Positions 21,284 through 30,970 are shown, counted from the first letter of the stretch. The stretch is 64,000 nt of DNA from an uncultured Spirochaetota bacterium (GCA_963745235.1 CAVUXE010000003.1:32001-96000), one strand, 5' to 3'. Numbers and translations: made by a program. The notes: generated by a model from the letters alone, not told the origin.

Positions 21284-22614
21284 ATGGAGAACCTCGAGGA
21301 ACTCGGTCAGGAGATCGCCAGCTTGTCCGCCCACCTGGATGCAGCCGCCCATCGTCTGCTGGAATGCATCCGACGCTTCGATGAGGCGTGCGGATGGCAC
21401 GAGCAGGGCGCGGTGTCCTGCGCTCACTGGCTGGCGTGGCGCCTCGGATGGGACCTGGCCACCGCCCGCGAGAAGGTACGGGTGGCACGCGCGCTGGGTA
21501 GGCTGCCCGCCATCAACGAATCGTTGCGCACTGCCAGGCTATCCTACGCCAAGGTCCGCGCGCTCACTCGGGTGGCGACCCCCGAGAACGAAGCGAAGCT
21601 GCTGGAGATGGCGCTGATGGCAACCGGGGCGCAGCTTGAGCGGCTGTGCCGAGGCTATCGAGGGGTGCTGGACTCTGAAAGGACGCCGGCGCCGGAGGAG
21701 CGTTCGGTACGCCAGCGGCTGCTGCCGGGGGGGATGGTCAAGCTGGAGTTGGTGCTTGAGCCTGACGAGGCGGATTTGATCCTGCGCGCCATCGAGCGCG
21801 CCCGGGAGGTGCACGCCCGCAGGGCAGCGCCGCTGGAGACAGAGGCTCCCGGAGCGCCTGTCGTCGTGCCTCCGGTACCTGCGGCGCGGGGGGAGGCGGA
21901 GGCAGTTGAAGCCGCCGGCATTTCCCCGGAAACGTGCTGGCCCTCGCGGGCTGATGGCGCGGTGAAGCTCGCCGAGTCGTTCCTGGCAGGCAATCCCGTG
22001 ACGGGAACCGGCGGGGAGCGCTTCCAGGTCATGGTTCACCTGGATCAGGAGGTGCTTGGGCCAGACAGTGCTTGGGCGGCCACCCTGGAGGACGGAACCC
22101 GCATTTCCGCGGAAACGTTGCGCCGGGTGGCCTGCGATTGCGGCCTGGTGGCCACAGGCGGAGATGGGGAGGCACTGAACATCGGCCGCCGCGCCCGCAG
22201 TATTCCGCCCGCCATACGTCGCGCACTGATGCTGCGTGACCGCGGCTGCGCCTTTCCGGGGTGCACTCACACGGCCTTCCTCCACGGGCACCACATCCAG
22301 CACTGGCTGCACGGCGGAGAAACCAGCCTGGTCAATGCTGTCCTGCTCTGCAGCGTGCATCATCACCTGGTTCACGAAGGCGGGTGGACCGTAACCCATG
22401 GAGCCGACGGCGTTTTGCCTTCCACTCGCCTGCCGGCAAGCTGCTCGCGCCCGAGCCGCCGCGCGAGTTGGTTGACGACACGCTGGACTGGCTGCGGGAG
22501 TGGGCGGATGAGCACGAGCTGGACCTTGGCCCTGACGTCAACGTGCCGCAGTGGGATGGGAAGACACCGGACTACAACGCTGCTGTGGGATGGCTGCTGG
22601 CGGCTGACCTGTAG
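21284..22614 (+). CDS. DUF222 (13E12-repeat family) protein with C-terminal HNH endonuclease (frameshift near 22415)
   Basis: GWHEQGAVSCAHWLAWR, LSYAKVRALTR, RRVACDC, LNIGRRARSIPPAIRRALMLRDRGCAFPGC...HGHHIQHW..GGETSL.N.VLLC..HH.LVH. The C-terminus continues in the 22261-22614 frame. Confidence 0.88.
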
Positions 22615-22660
22615 CCGCTGGCGCCCACGGCGATTGTCAAGCTATTTCTGTAACATTACA

Positions 22661-23161
22661 CTAGCTCGCCAGGCGGGCCTCGCCGTGTCGCCGCAGGGAG
22701 CGAAGCCGCTTGCGCACCCCTGAGATGGACAGCCCCACCTCCTGCGCTGTTTCGGCCAGAGTCTTCTCCTCCAGGTAATGCATGCGGGCCGCCAGCTGCG
22801 TGCTCTCCCTGACGCCAAGGAAGACCTGTTCCAGCTCCCAGGAGTCGAGCACACGGTCCTCCGTGCTGTCGCGCCCGGCAATGGCGCTCATGAAGGGCTC
22901 GGCGCTGACGGTGAACTTGCGCCGGCGGCTTCGCATGGCGTTCAGGCAGGTATTCGTGGCAATGCGGTACAGGAGGCTCGAGGGATAGCGGGCATTCAGG
23001 CTGGACCTGTGGCGAAGCACCTGGACGAAGGTCTCCTGCATGGCGTCTGCGGCAAGGTCCTCATCCCTCAGCATCCCCCGGCACCTGCGCAGCACCATGG
23101 GCCCGTACCGGCGGTACAGGTCTTCCACGTCAATGGTTTCACGTTCTCTCGTTTCATTCAT
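22661..23161 (-). CDS. ECF RNA polymerase sigma factor
   Basis: Region 2 LYRRYGPMVLRRC...AADAMQETF...LYRIATNTCLN; region 4 KTLAETAQEVGLSISGVRKRL. Confidence 0.9.
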   Translation of the reverse strand: MNETRERETIDVEDLYRRYGPMVLRRCRGMLRDEDLAADAMQETFVQVLRHRSSLNARYPSSLLYRIATNTCLNAMRSRRRKFTVSAEPFMSAIAGRDSTEDRVLDSWELEQVFLGVRESTQLAARMHYLEEKTLAETAQEVGLSISGVRKRLRSLRRHGEARLAS

Positions 23162-23261
23162 GACTTCCTCGCTCCTGTCACCCCTACTGTAGGCCGTGGC
23201 GGATTCCCATCGCATCACCAAAATGTGGGATTTGGCAGGGGAAAAAAGTGCGGCCCCCGGT

Positions 23262-23307
23262 GCAGGCGGGAGGCAGCCAGGAGGCAGGCGGGAAGCAGCT
23301 GGGAGGC
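23262..23307. repeat. Four imperfect 11-bp tandem repeats (GCAGsyrGGAr)
   Basis: GCAGGCGGGAG GCAGCCAGGAG GCAGGCGGGAA GCAGCTGGGAG, directly upstream of TTGACG (23313-23318). Confidence 0.7.
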
Positions 23308-23364
23308 CGAGCTTGACGTGCGGGCCGGGGTCGATCAAATTCAATCGCAGGAAGGAAGGTTGAG

Positions 23365-24720
23365 ATGGCTGGGAGATCGGCTCGATTCGTGATTCTTGCG
23401 GCTTTGATCGGAGCCTTTTCCGTGACGAGCGTTGGCGCGCAGACAAAGGGCTTCAAGGCGCCACCAGGCAAGATGGTGATCTGGGCCTTCGGGCAGCCGA
23501 AGTTCCTGCAGCTCCAGATCGACGACTATTTCCAGCGCAACCCGTCGGAGGTCCAGGGGGTCACCGCCGAAGTGGTTGCGACAAAGGGAGAAGAAGAGGT
23601 CAGGCAGAAGACCATGCTCGCCTACGCGTCGCAGACCTGGGACGACATGGCGGACGTCATCTCCACGTTCCCTGTCAGCATGCAAGCCATGGCGGAAGCC
23701 GGGGTGCTGATGGACGTCACCTCCTACCTGGCGCCGTTCAAGGACAAGTTCGTGGCCGGCGCGTACGACCAGGCCCTCTATAAGGGCAGGCTGTGGGCGC
23801 TTCCCCGGTCTCTTCGGCCGCAGCTTCTCTTCTATAACAGGCAGATCCTGGAGAAGTACGGAATCGACCCGAAGCAGATGACCACCTTCGAGGGATATCT
23901 GGAGGTGGGACGCAAGCTCAAGGCAGCGAGCAATGGGCAGGTCTTCCTGTCCTACGAAGATCCCGGTTCGCGCACATGGCGCTACTGGGGCCGCCGCGGC
24001 CTGATGCCGCAGGCAGGAGCCAGGATCTGGGATGATGACGGGAACGTCGTCATTGACAAGGACGCGGGGGCTCTCAAGGCGCTGCAGTATTTCGAGACGC
24101 TGCACAAGGAAGGGCTCCTCTTCAACTCCGTCATCCTCCAGCCCCCGCTGTACCAGGCCACGCGGGAAGGCAAGATCGCCACGTTCTACATCGGCGCCTT
24201 CTATGACGAGTTCCTGAAAGCGAACGACAAGGACATGGCGGGCGCGTGGCGCGTGATGGCGCCTCCGGTCTTCTCGGGTGTCAACCTCGGCGGCGCTCCG
24301 GTTGTGGACATCGTGGGAATCACGGCCAAGCCCAACGCCCCGTATGCCGAGCTCTACAAGAGGATATGGTACGACTACAACTTCAACAGCCCGGCCCGAC
24401 AGGCCTATACGCTGGAGGTCCTGCACCAGAACGGCCCGGTGCAGAACCCGCTGTCCAAGGCCATGCTGGAGGAGGCGTTCTGGAAGGAGCCTGACCCGTA
24501 CTACGGGGGGGAGTCGTTCAAGCAGATGGAAGGGCTGGGGCTCCGCAACGTGTCGAAGAACATGCGGGTGACGACGGCAGACGCGGAGGCGGACACCATC
24601 ATCTCCGCGGAGCTTGAAAAGTTCGTCGCGAATGCCCAGACCATGGACCAGGCCATCGCGAACATGGGCTCGGTGCTGCGGGAGAAGATCGGCACGGCCC
24701 CCGCGAACCCTGACAGGTAG
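23365..24720 (+). CDS. Carbohydrate ABC transporter substrate-binding protein
   Basis: Signal peptide; YKGRLWALP...LFYNRQILEKYG; adjacent CUT1 permeases. Confidence 0.88.
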   Translation: MAGRSARFVILAALIGAFSVTSVGAQTKGFKAPPGKMVIWAFGQPKFLQLQIDDYFQRNPSEVQGVTAEVVATKGEEEVRQKTMLAYASQTWDDMADVISTFPVSMQAMAEAGVLMDVTSYLAPFKDKFVAGAYDQALYKGRLWALPRSLRPQLLFYNRQILEKYGIDPKQMTTFEGYLEVGRKLKAASNGQVFLSYEDPGSRTWRYWGRRGLMPQAGARIWDDDGNVVIDKDAGALKALQYFETLHKEGLLFNSVILQPPLYQATREGKIATFYIGAFYDEFLKANDKDMAGAWRVMAPPVFSGVNLGGAPVVDIVGITAKPNAPYAELYKRIWYDYNFNSPARQAYTLEVLHQNGPVQNPLSKAMLEEAFWKEPDPYYGGESFKQMEGLGLRNVSKNMRVTTADAEADTIISAELEKFVANAQTMDQAIANMGSVLREKIGTAPANPDR

Positions 24721-24743
24721 CTGTCACGCGGACCTTTCGGCGC

Positions 24744-25621
24744 ATGTGGGCGATGCGGCATGCCTATGCCTTCATCGCCCCCTTCTACCTCCTGTTCCTG
24801 GTTTTTGGAGCCTTCCCCCTCGTGTGGTCGCTGTACCTGAGCTTCCAGGAATGGGACGGGCTTCGACCCATGAAGCACGTGGGCCTGCGGAACTTCGCCA
24901 TGCTCCTGCGGGACCACAGGTTCCTGGACGCCCTGGGCAACACGGCCATCTACTGGACGGTCGACGTCGCCTTCATCATCTGTCTTGCCCTCGTCATGGC
25001 TGTGCTTCTGCACACGCCCCGCCTTTCCGGCAGGCGTTTCTACCGCCTCGTTCTGTTTCTGCCGAATGTCACTGCCACTGTCGCGGTCGGCCTTGTGTTC
25101 ATCATGCTCTTCGATTTCAACAGCGGCCTCATCAACGGTCTCCTCGGGTCCCTGGGGCTTCCGAGGCTCGGCTGGCTGAACAGCACCGGACTTTCGAAGG
25201 TGCCCGTGATGGTGCTCGCCATCTGGCGGGCCACTCCGTGGTACATGCTGATCCTCCTCTCGGGGCTCCAGGCCATCAATCCGGAGCTCTACCAGGCGGC
25301 AACGGTTGACGGCGCCGGACCGGTCCAGAAGCTCTTTCGCATCACCATCCCGAGCCTTGCGACGGTGCTCTTCTTCTGCTTCCTGACGGAAACGATTGAC
25401 TCGTTTCGGCTCTTCACCGAGCCGTACATCACGACGGGCGGCGGGCCGGGATCCTCCTCCCTTTCCATTGTGCAGTATCTCTATGAGAGCGGCTTCACGG
25501 TCTTCAAGCTGGGTTACGCGTCCGCCATCGGCTACGTGCTGACCGTCATCCTCCTGGTGATATCCGCGGCCCAGGTGATTTTCCTCCGCCGGGGGGAGGC
25601 GCAATCGGGAGCGCGCAGTGA
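24744..25621 (+). CDS. Carbohydrate ABC transporter permease (MalF-type); probable indel in the G-run at 25591-25596
   Basis: YAFIAP, VGLRNF, GLINGLL, LSGLQAINPELYQAATVDGA, TTGGGP, GYASAIG. Adding one G gives a TGA at 25619-25621 overlapping the next GTG. Confidence 0.88.
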
Positions 25622-26451
25622 GGTCCGCCGCGCGGCGCGCTCACGCGCCCGTTCACCTCGTTCTCCTGGCGTGGTGCGCGCTCTCCGTGTTCCCGCTCCT
25701 GTGGATGGTGGGGACATCCATGAAGCCCGTTGCCGAAGGCATAGGCGGGCTCGGCTCCATGATCCCGAATGTCCCGACCATCGTGAACTACGAGGCGGTG
25801 GCAGGCCTCCTGCCCCTTGCGCGCAACACTCTCAACAGCTTCATTGCGGCCACGGCGGGGACGCTCAGCACCGTGTTCCTCTGCTCTCTCGCCGGCTTCG
25901 CCTTTGCCAAGTACAGCTTCCCCGGTCGGGACTTCCTGTTCCTCTTTCTCCTGGCCACCATGCTGATCCCGCCCGAGGTGGGCATCGTGCCCACGTTCCT
26001 CATCATGAGGCGCCTGCGCTGGATCAACACCTACTGGGCGCTGATAGTCCCCCGCGCCGCGACCGCAATAGGGATCTTCTACATGCGCCAGTACATCGCC
26101 GGCTTCCCCACGGAGGTCATTGAGCAGGGGCGGCTGGACGGCTGCGGGGAGTTCCGCGTCTACTGGCAGCTGGTCCTGCCCTCCATCTCCCCGGCGCTTG
26201 CGGCGTGGGCCACCATATCTTTCATTGCGCGATGGAACGACTTCATGTGGCCGCTGCTGCTCATGCGCTCGAAACAGATGTATACCCTCATGGTGTCCAT
26301 ATCTGTGCTGCCGGTGAGCGAAGGGCTGTCCACGCCCTGGCCGGTCATCATGGCCGGGTCCACTATTGCGGTTCTGCCCCTGATCTGCATCTACTTTGTG
26401 CTGCAGAGATTCCAGGTCTCGGGGCTCATGGTAGGCGCGGTCAAGGGATAG
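25618..26451 (+). CDS. Carbohydrate ABC transporter permease (MalG-type)
   Basis: AGFAFAKYSFPGR, LATMLIP, EQGRLDGC (EAA loop), WNDFMWPL, GAVKG. Confidence 0.92.
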   Translation: MRSAARRAHAPVHLVLLAWCALSVFPLLWMVGTSMKPVAEGIGGLGSMIPNVPTIVNYEAVAGLLPLARNTLNSFIAATAGTLSTVFLCSLAGFAFAKYSFPGRDFLFLFLLATMLIPPEVGIVPTFLIMRRLRWINTYWALIVPRAATAIGIFYMRQYIAGFPTEVIEQGRLDGCGEFRVYWQLVLPSISPALAAWATISFIARWNDFMWPLLLMRSKQMYTLMVSISVLPVSEGLSTPWPVIMAGSTIAVLPLICIYFVLQRFQVSGLMVGAVKG

Positions 26452-26460
26452 GAGGACTCT

Positions 26461-27399
26461 ATGAACAAGCGGGATGCGTTGTTGAAGCTCGTTGATCCGT
26501 CGTACAAGCCGGAGTCGGTGCCGGCAGCGTTCTTCCTCCATTTCGACCCGGCTTTCCATCGCGGACAGGCAGCCGTGGACAAGCACCTGGATTTCTTCCG
26601 GTTTACCGGCATGGACATGGTCAAGATCCAATTCGAGCACCGGATGCCGCCCGTGGAGATCAAGCAGCCCCGGGACTGGGCGAGCGTGCCCATGAGGGAC
26701 AAGGAGTTCTGGGGTGACCCGCTTGCCGTGGTGAAGGGCCTCGTTCAGGCCGCGGGGAAGGATGCCGTCGTCGTCCTCACCCTGTACTCCCCGTTCATGC
26801 TGGCAGGCCAGATTGCGGGAGCCGAGACTGTTGTCCGCCACATCCAGGAAGACCCCACGGCGTTCAAGAAGGGAATTCAGATCATAACGGAGGGACTGCT
26901 TGTCTTCGTGAAGGAATGCGCCAGGATCGGGTTGGACGGCTTCTACGCATCCACCCAGGGCGGTGAGAAAGGTCGCCTGGCGGACAGGAAGTCCTTCGAC
27001 GACTGCGTGCGGCCCTACGACCTGGCCGTCATGACAGAGATCAACCGATCCTGCCGCTTCAACATCCTGCACGTGTGCGACTACCACCTGCCCTACGCGG
27101 ACATCGCACCGTTTGCGAGCTACCCCGGTCATGTCGTGAATACGAGCTTGAAGCTCGTGGAGAAAGACATCAGCGCCCGTGATGTTTCGCGGATGTTCAA
27201 CCGGCCTTTCATGGGCGGGCTGGACAGAAAGGGCGTCATAGCAACCGGTCCGGCGGAGGCAATCCGCCAGGAAGTCCGCGCGGCTGTCGACGCTGCCCCG
27301 CAACGCTTCATCCTGGGGGCGGACTGCACCGTCCCCGCGGACACCCCGTGGGAGAACCTGAAGCTCGCAATCCAGACCGCCCATGACTACCGCCGGTAG
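26461..27399 (+). CDS. Uroporphyrinogen decarboxylase/MtaA superfamily protein
   Basis: TLYSPF, IGLDGFY, ILHVC, FMGGLD, FILGADC; GGAGG RBS. Confidence 0.85.
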   Translation: MNKRDALLKLVDPSYKPESVPAAFFLHFDPAFHRGQAAVDKHLDFFRFTGMDMVKIQFEHRMPPVEIKQPRDWASVPMRDKEFWGDPLAVVKGLVQAAGKDAVVVLTLYSPFMLAGQIAGAETVVRHIQEDPTAFKKGIQIITEGLLVFVKECARIGLDGFYASTQGGEKGRLADRKSFDDCVRPYDLAVMTEINRSCRFNILHVCDYHLPYADIAPFASYPGHVVNTSLKLVEKDISARDVSRMFNRPFMGGLDRKGVIATGPAEAIRQEVRAAVDAAPQRFILGADCTVPADTPWENLKLAIQTAHDYRR

Positions 27400-27421
27400 G
27401 CCGGCTTCCCGCTGAGTGCAC

Positions 27422-27463
27422 CGCAAGATCCGGGTTGCGCGCGCGGCCCCCTGTCGTGATACT
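27422..27463 (+). promoter_or_regulatory. Candidate promoter with palindrome upstream of the ada/ogt-like gene
   Basis: CGCAA-N8-TTGCG (27422-27439) overlaps -35 TTGCGC; 17 bp; -10 GATACT. Confidence 0.4.
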
Positions 27464-27504
27464 TGACTCATGCGGCACCGCACAGCCGCCATGGAGACAT
27501 GAGC

Positions 27505-28383
27505 ATGACGACAATGGAAGTGCTGGAGGAAGATTACCTCCGCGTGGAAAAAGCAATACGGTTCATCGAGACCGAAGCCCTCAGGCAGCCTTCGCTTGCC
27601 GAGATTGCCGCCAGCGTCGGTCTCAGCGAGTTCCATTTCCAGAGGCTGTTCAGCAGGTGGGTCGGAATCAGCCCGAAGCGCTTCCTCCAGTTCCTGACAA
27701 AGGAATACGCGCGGAAACTCCTGGAGGAGTCGCGGGACGTCCTCAGCGTGACCTACGACGCCGGGCTGTCGAGTCCGGGCAGGCTGCACGAGCTTTTCGT
27801 GACATGCGAGGCGGTGACGCCCGGCGAGGTCAAGACCCGGGGGGAGGGGCTGGCAATCCAGTACGGCTTCCATCCGTCGCCCTTCGGCCGCTGCCTGCTT
27901 GCCCGGACGGACCGGGGCATCTGCGGGCTCTCCTTCGTGCAGGAAGAGGCGCCGGAGGCCGTCCTCGTGAAACACCTGCGCTCCCGGTGGCCCGGTGCGC
28001 GCATCCAGGAGGGCGCGGAGTCCACCGCGGGGCTCGTGAAGCAGGTGTTCGCCTTTCCGGAGAAGCATGATCCCGCCCCGCTTCACCTTTTCATTCGGGG
28101 CACGAACTTCCAGATCCAGGTATGGCAGGCCCTGATCCGGATCCCCTTCGGGAAAGCCGTTGCATATGAGGACATAGCGCGCCACATCGGGATGCCGGCA
28201 GCAAGCCGCGCGGTGGGCAACGCGGTGGGAAGCAACCCCATCCCGTTCCTCATTCCCTGCCACAGGGTGATACGAAAGCTCGGTGAGTTTGGAAACTACG
28301 GCGAAGGCCCCGAGAGAAAGAAAGCCATCCTTGGATGGGAGGCGGCGTTTGCACTCGGAGAGGCAGCGGCAAAGGCCGTATAG
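27505..28383 (+). CDS. Bifunctional AraC-HTH / methylated-DNA--protein-cysteine methyltransferase (Ada/Ogt-like, no N-terminal Zn domain)
   Basis: QPSLAEIA..VGLSEFHFQRLFSRWVGISPKRF; GTNFQIQVW; RAVGNAVGSNP; active site PCHRV. Confidence 0.92.
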   Translation: MTTMEVLEEDYLRVEKAIRFIETEALRQPSLAEIAASVGLSEFHFQRLFSRWVGISPKRFLQFLTKEYARKLLEESRDVLSVTYDAGLSSPGRLHELFVTCEAVTPGEVKTRGEGLAIQYGFHPSPFGRCLLARTDRGICGLSFVQEEAPEAVLVKHLRSRWPGARIQEGAESTAGLVKQVFAFPEKHDPAPLHLFIRGTNFQIQVWQALIRIPFGKAVAYEDIARHIGMPAASRAVGNAVGSNPIPFLIPCHRVIRKLGEFGNYGEGPERKKAILGWEAAFALGEAAAKAV

Positions 28384-28436
28384 GTTTCGCGACGCCGACG
28401 CCCGCGCGCTGCAGCATGCGAACCATCGGCGGGCCG

Positions 28437-29810
28437 TCAGCGCCGCCAGGCGCCCGTTGAAAGATCGATGGTGATGTCGTTGTCCGCAGGCTCCAGGTCG
28501 TCCCACATCCCTTCAATCAGGTCTCCGCGAGCGGCCACGACAAGCCCCCCCATGAAGCTGAGCCCCTTTTTCTTCAGCTTTTCGGCGCGCGTGAACTTCT
28601 CGTCTCCCTCGAAATGAGCGGCAAATGCCTCGGAAATCTGGCAAGACAGGAGCGCCGCCTCGTCCGCGGGGAGATAGCAGGCGGTGAGGAGCCGGGCTGC
28701 AATGCGTGCGATTGCCTCGCGGAGCGATTGCCGCGAGAAGCTCCTGAAGTCCCTTCCGCATGCCGCGAATGAGGGCAGCTCAGTAATGAATGACGATTGG
28801 ATCTGCATCTGCTGCTCCGCGTCGATTTCCACGTGTCGAACGGGATCTGGATCAGTGACCAGGGACCCTGTTTCGACGTCATAGAGAAACCTGCCGTCAT
28901 CCCACCTCTTCACCGTGACGTCCTGGGCATGGAAGTGGCCGCTAAAGACAGTCCGGACATGATAGGCGGCCAGAAGCCCGGACACCTCACGCCAGTCCTT
29001 TACCAGGTAATCCCCGTAGTACTTCTCCTGGCCTTTGAAGTGCTCAACTGCCCCATGATGCATCATTGCAACCACGGGGATTTTCTCCCGCGCCGCCCGG
29101 GAGAGCACCTCCCTTATCCACGGGACTGTCGCAGCGCCGAGCCTGCCCCCGGATTCCGCGGCGCGTCTGCCGGGGTTGTGCCGGTAGTCGCAGGCATCCA
29201 GTGCAAGCAGCCAGAGGCCGGGGACCGGCTGGGCGACGTAGCTCAGGGAATCCGTGTCCCGGAACAAGGCTGCTCCGTATCCGAAATCCCTGTACAGCTC
29301 CGCGAACTCCCCAGGAGACACGTTTTCGACGTGCTTCGTTCCTGAAGCGCTGTAGCTGAAAGCCCTGGGGTTGAGTATGTCATGGTTGCCGGGGACAACG
29401 TACGCCGGGACGCCGCTTTCCCGGAGCTCTTCGAGATACTTCACGAAAAGCTCATGGTCCTGCCTCTCACCGTCCTTCGTGAGGTCCCCGGGAACGAGCA
29501 GGAACTGGACATGAAGGTCCCGCACCCTCCTGACCGCCTCCCGGAGGATTTCCTCGCTCTCAATGAGCAGCCTGCCGTCTTCCGCAGCGCATTCCTCGAA
29601 GGCCTTTCCGCTGATGCCGAGGCTTGCATCGTAGAGGTGGGGATCACTGAAGACGGCGAAGCTGGTCGCCGGAAAGAGCGCGGCGGGAGAGGAGAGGGCG
29701 GCCGCCGTCTGTGCATCTGGGGCAGGACGGTAGCTGATGCCTGCGCAGGAGATGCAGAGCGCGGCCGCCAGGAGGACTGCGGGGGCGCGCAGCGCGCCTT
29801 TGTCTGTCAT
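28437..29810 (-). CDS. Calcineurin-like metallophosphoesterase, probable lipoprotein
   Basis: SDPH, GDLTKDG, PGNHD, MHH, SGHFH motifs; N-terminal signal with Cys. Confidence 0.88.
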   Translation of the reverse strand: MTDKGALRAPAVLLAAALCISCAGISYRPAPDAQTAAALSSPAALFPATSFAVFSDPHLYDASLGISGKAFEECAAEDGRLLIESEEILREAVRRVRDLHVQFLLVPGDLTKDGERQDHELFVKYLEELRESGVPAYVVPGNHDILNPRAFSYSASGTKHVENVSPGEFAELYRDFGYGAALFRDTDSLSYVAQPVPGLWLLALDACDYRHNPGRRAAESGGRLGAATVPWIREVLSRAAREKIPVVAMMHHGAVEHFKGQEKYYGDYLVKDWREVSGLLAAYHVRTVFSGHFHAQDVTVKRWDDGRFLYDVETGSLVTDPDPVRHVEIDAEQQMQIQSSFITELPSFAACGRDFRSFSRQSLREAIARIAARLLTACYLPADEAALLSCQISEAFAAHFEGDEKFTRAEKLKKKGLSFMGGLVVAARGDLIEGMWDDLEPADNDITIDLSTGAWRR

Positions 29811-29828
29811 GGGACGGCGCGGGTCTCC

Positions 29829-30947
29829 TTATCTTTTCCCTGCGTAGCTTTCAGCCAGAACCGTTTCCAGCCCGCCCCGGTTCTTCTCCGGGTGATAGTA
29901 GCAGTCGACGATCTTCTCATGGGGAAGGCTGTCGATCCTCTCGTTCATGATCTGGAGGGCGCGCGCGTTTATCCTGACGGCATCCAGGACGGGCATGTGC
30001 TCCGGGTTGATGTCCGCGCCGAAGTGTTCCCGGTACCCGATAGCCTTCAGGGAATAGAGCAGGGCTTCCGTGTCCTGCCAGGAGATGACCCCGACGTTGA
30101 GGTCCTGATCGTAGTTGCCCAGGGGCTGGCTGTTCACATGGATATGAGAAAGCCGGCTTTCCCGGGCTATCCGCAGATACGCCTGTGGAAGTATCTCGTA
30201 TCCCATGAGAAGGTGACCAATCTCGGGCTGGAATCCGACGATGCAATGGCCTTCGGAAAGCAGCTTTCTGTTGACGGGGCTCTTGAGCCGAGCCTCCACG
30301 TCGCGGGCCATGAGGAGCCCATCCCCCGTTGTCCGGTAGATGTTGTTGGGGACGGGCTCATAGGGTTTCGTCTCGAGCCCGATGCGTACGCCGGGGACCT
30401 CGTCCAGGCATTCAGCGAGGGCTCCCTCGAACCAGTCCCACATCTGGTAGAACACGGTGCCCAGGGGATAGAGAAACCCGTCGTTCCCTGGCCACAATCC
30501 CATGTGCGTGGCCCCTGCTTCCTTCACCAGCTTCAGGGCGCCGATGACCGTTTCCTGCGCCCGCCTGCGCTTGGCCGGGTCAGGATTGCTCAGAGTGCCG
30601 AACTCCCCGTCCTTGCCGCGGAAGCTGTCCGGGCCCAGCCCTATGAGCTTCACTCCTGATTCCTTCTCCAGCTTCCTGTACAGGGGGAGGTTCTCCTCGT
30701 TGACCTCCGAGGGATAGTGCGCTTCGATCCCCTTGACCCCGTAGCGCGCCATCTCAGCGGCAAGCTCCAGCCGCTGCGGGATGGTCATCTCCGGGACATA
30801 GCGGTCATGGAACCGTCCCCCTCCCGGGGCGAAGTACCAGATCCCGACGGTGAGCTTGATGTCGAGCGTGAAGCTCTTGAGGTGGGCAAGCAACTGTTCA
30901 GGCGTGCGTCTCTCAGCCTGGTAGCGAAGATCGGCGAGTGTATACAT
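29829..30947 (-). CDS. Xylose-isomerase-family TIM-barrel sugar isomerase
   Basis: GIWYF, IEAH, LWPGNDG, ETKPYEP, QPEIGH, HIHVN...YDQDL, ADINP match XylA-type metal ligands; substrate uncertain. Confidence 0.82.
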   Translation of the reverse strand: MYTLADLRYQAERRTPEQLLAHLKSFTLDIKLTVGIWYFAPGGGRFHDRYVPEMTIPQRLELAAEMARYGVKGIEAHYPSEVNEENLPLYRKLEKESGVKLIGLGPDSFRGKDGEFGTLSNPDPAKRRRAQETVIGALKLVKEAGATHMGLWPGNDGFLYPLGTVFYQMWDWFEGALAECLDEVPGVRIGLETKPYEPVPNNIYRTTGDGLLMARDVEARLKSPVNRKLLSEGHCIVGFQPEIGHLLMGYEILPQAYLRIARESRLSHIHVNSQPLGNYDQDLNVGVISWQDTEALLYSLKAIGYREHFGADINPEHMPVLDAVRINARALQIMNERIDSLPHEKIVDCYYHPEKNRGGLETVLAESYAGKR

Positions 30948-30970
30948 TACTGAATCCTCCCCTATGACAC

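Noticed and set aside
21284-22614. HNH gene as IscB/Cas9-like RNA-guided nuclease or group II intron protein
   Set aside because: No PLMP, RuvC or reverse-transcriptase motifs are visible. The sequence fits the DUF222-HNH family.
23262-23307. Short repeats as a CRISPR array
   Set aside because: Units are 11 bp with no spacers and no cas genes are present.
24744-26123. Apparent 459-aa extended permease
   Set aside because: It results from read-through at a G-run indel. The extension is out of frame with the real second permease.
25546-28506. 986-aa ORF on the minus strand
   Set aside because: It is antisense to four well-supported plus-strand genes and has no recognisable motifs. It is a shadow ORF typical of high-GC DNA.
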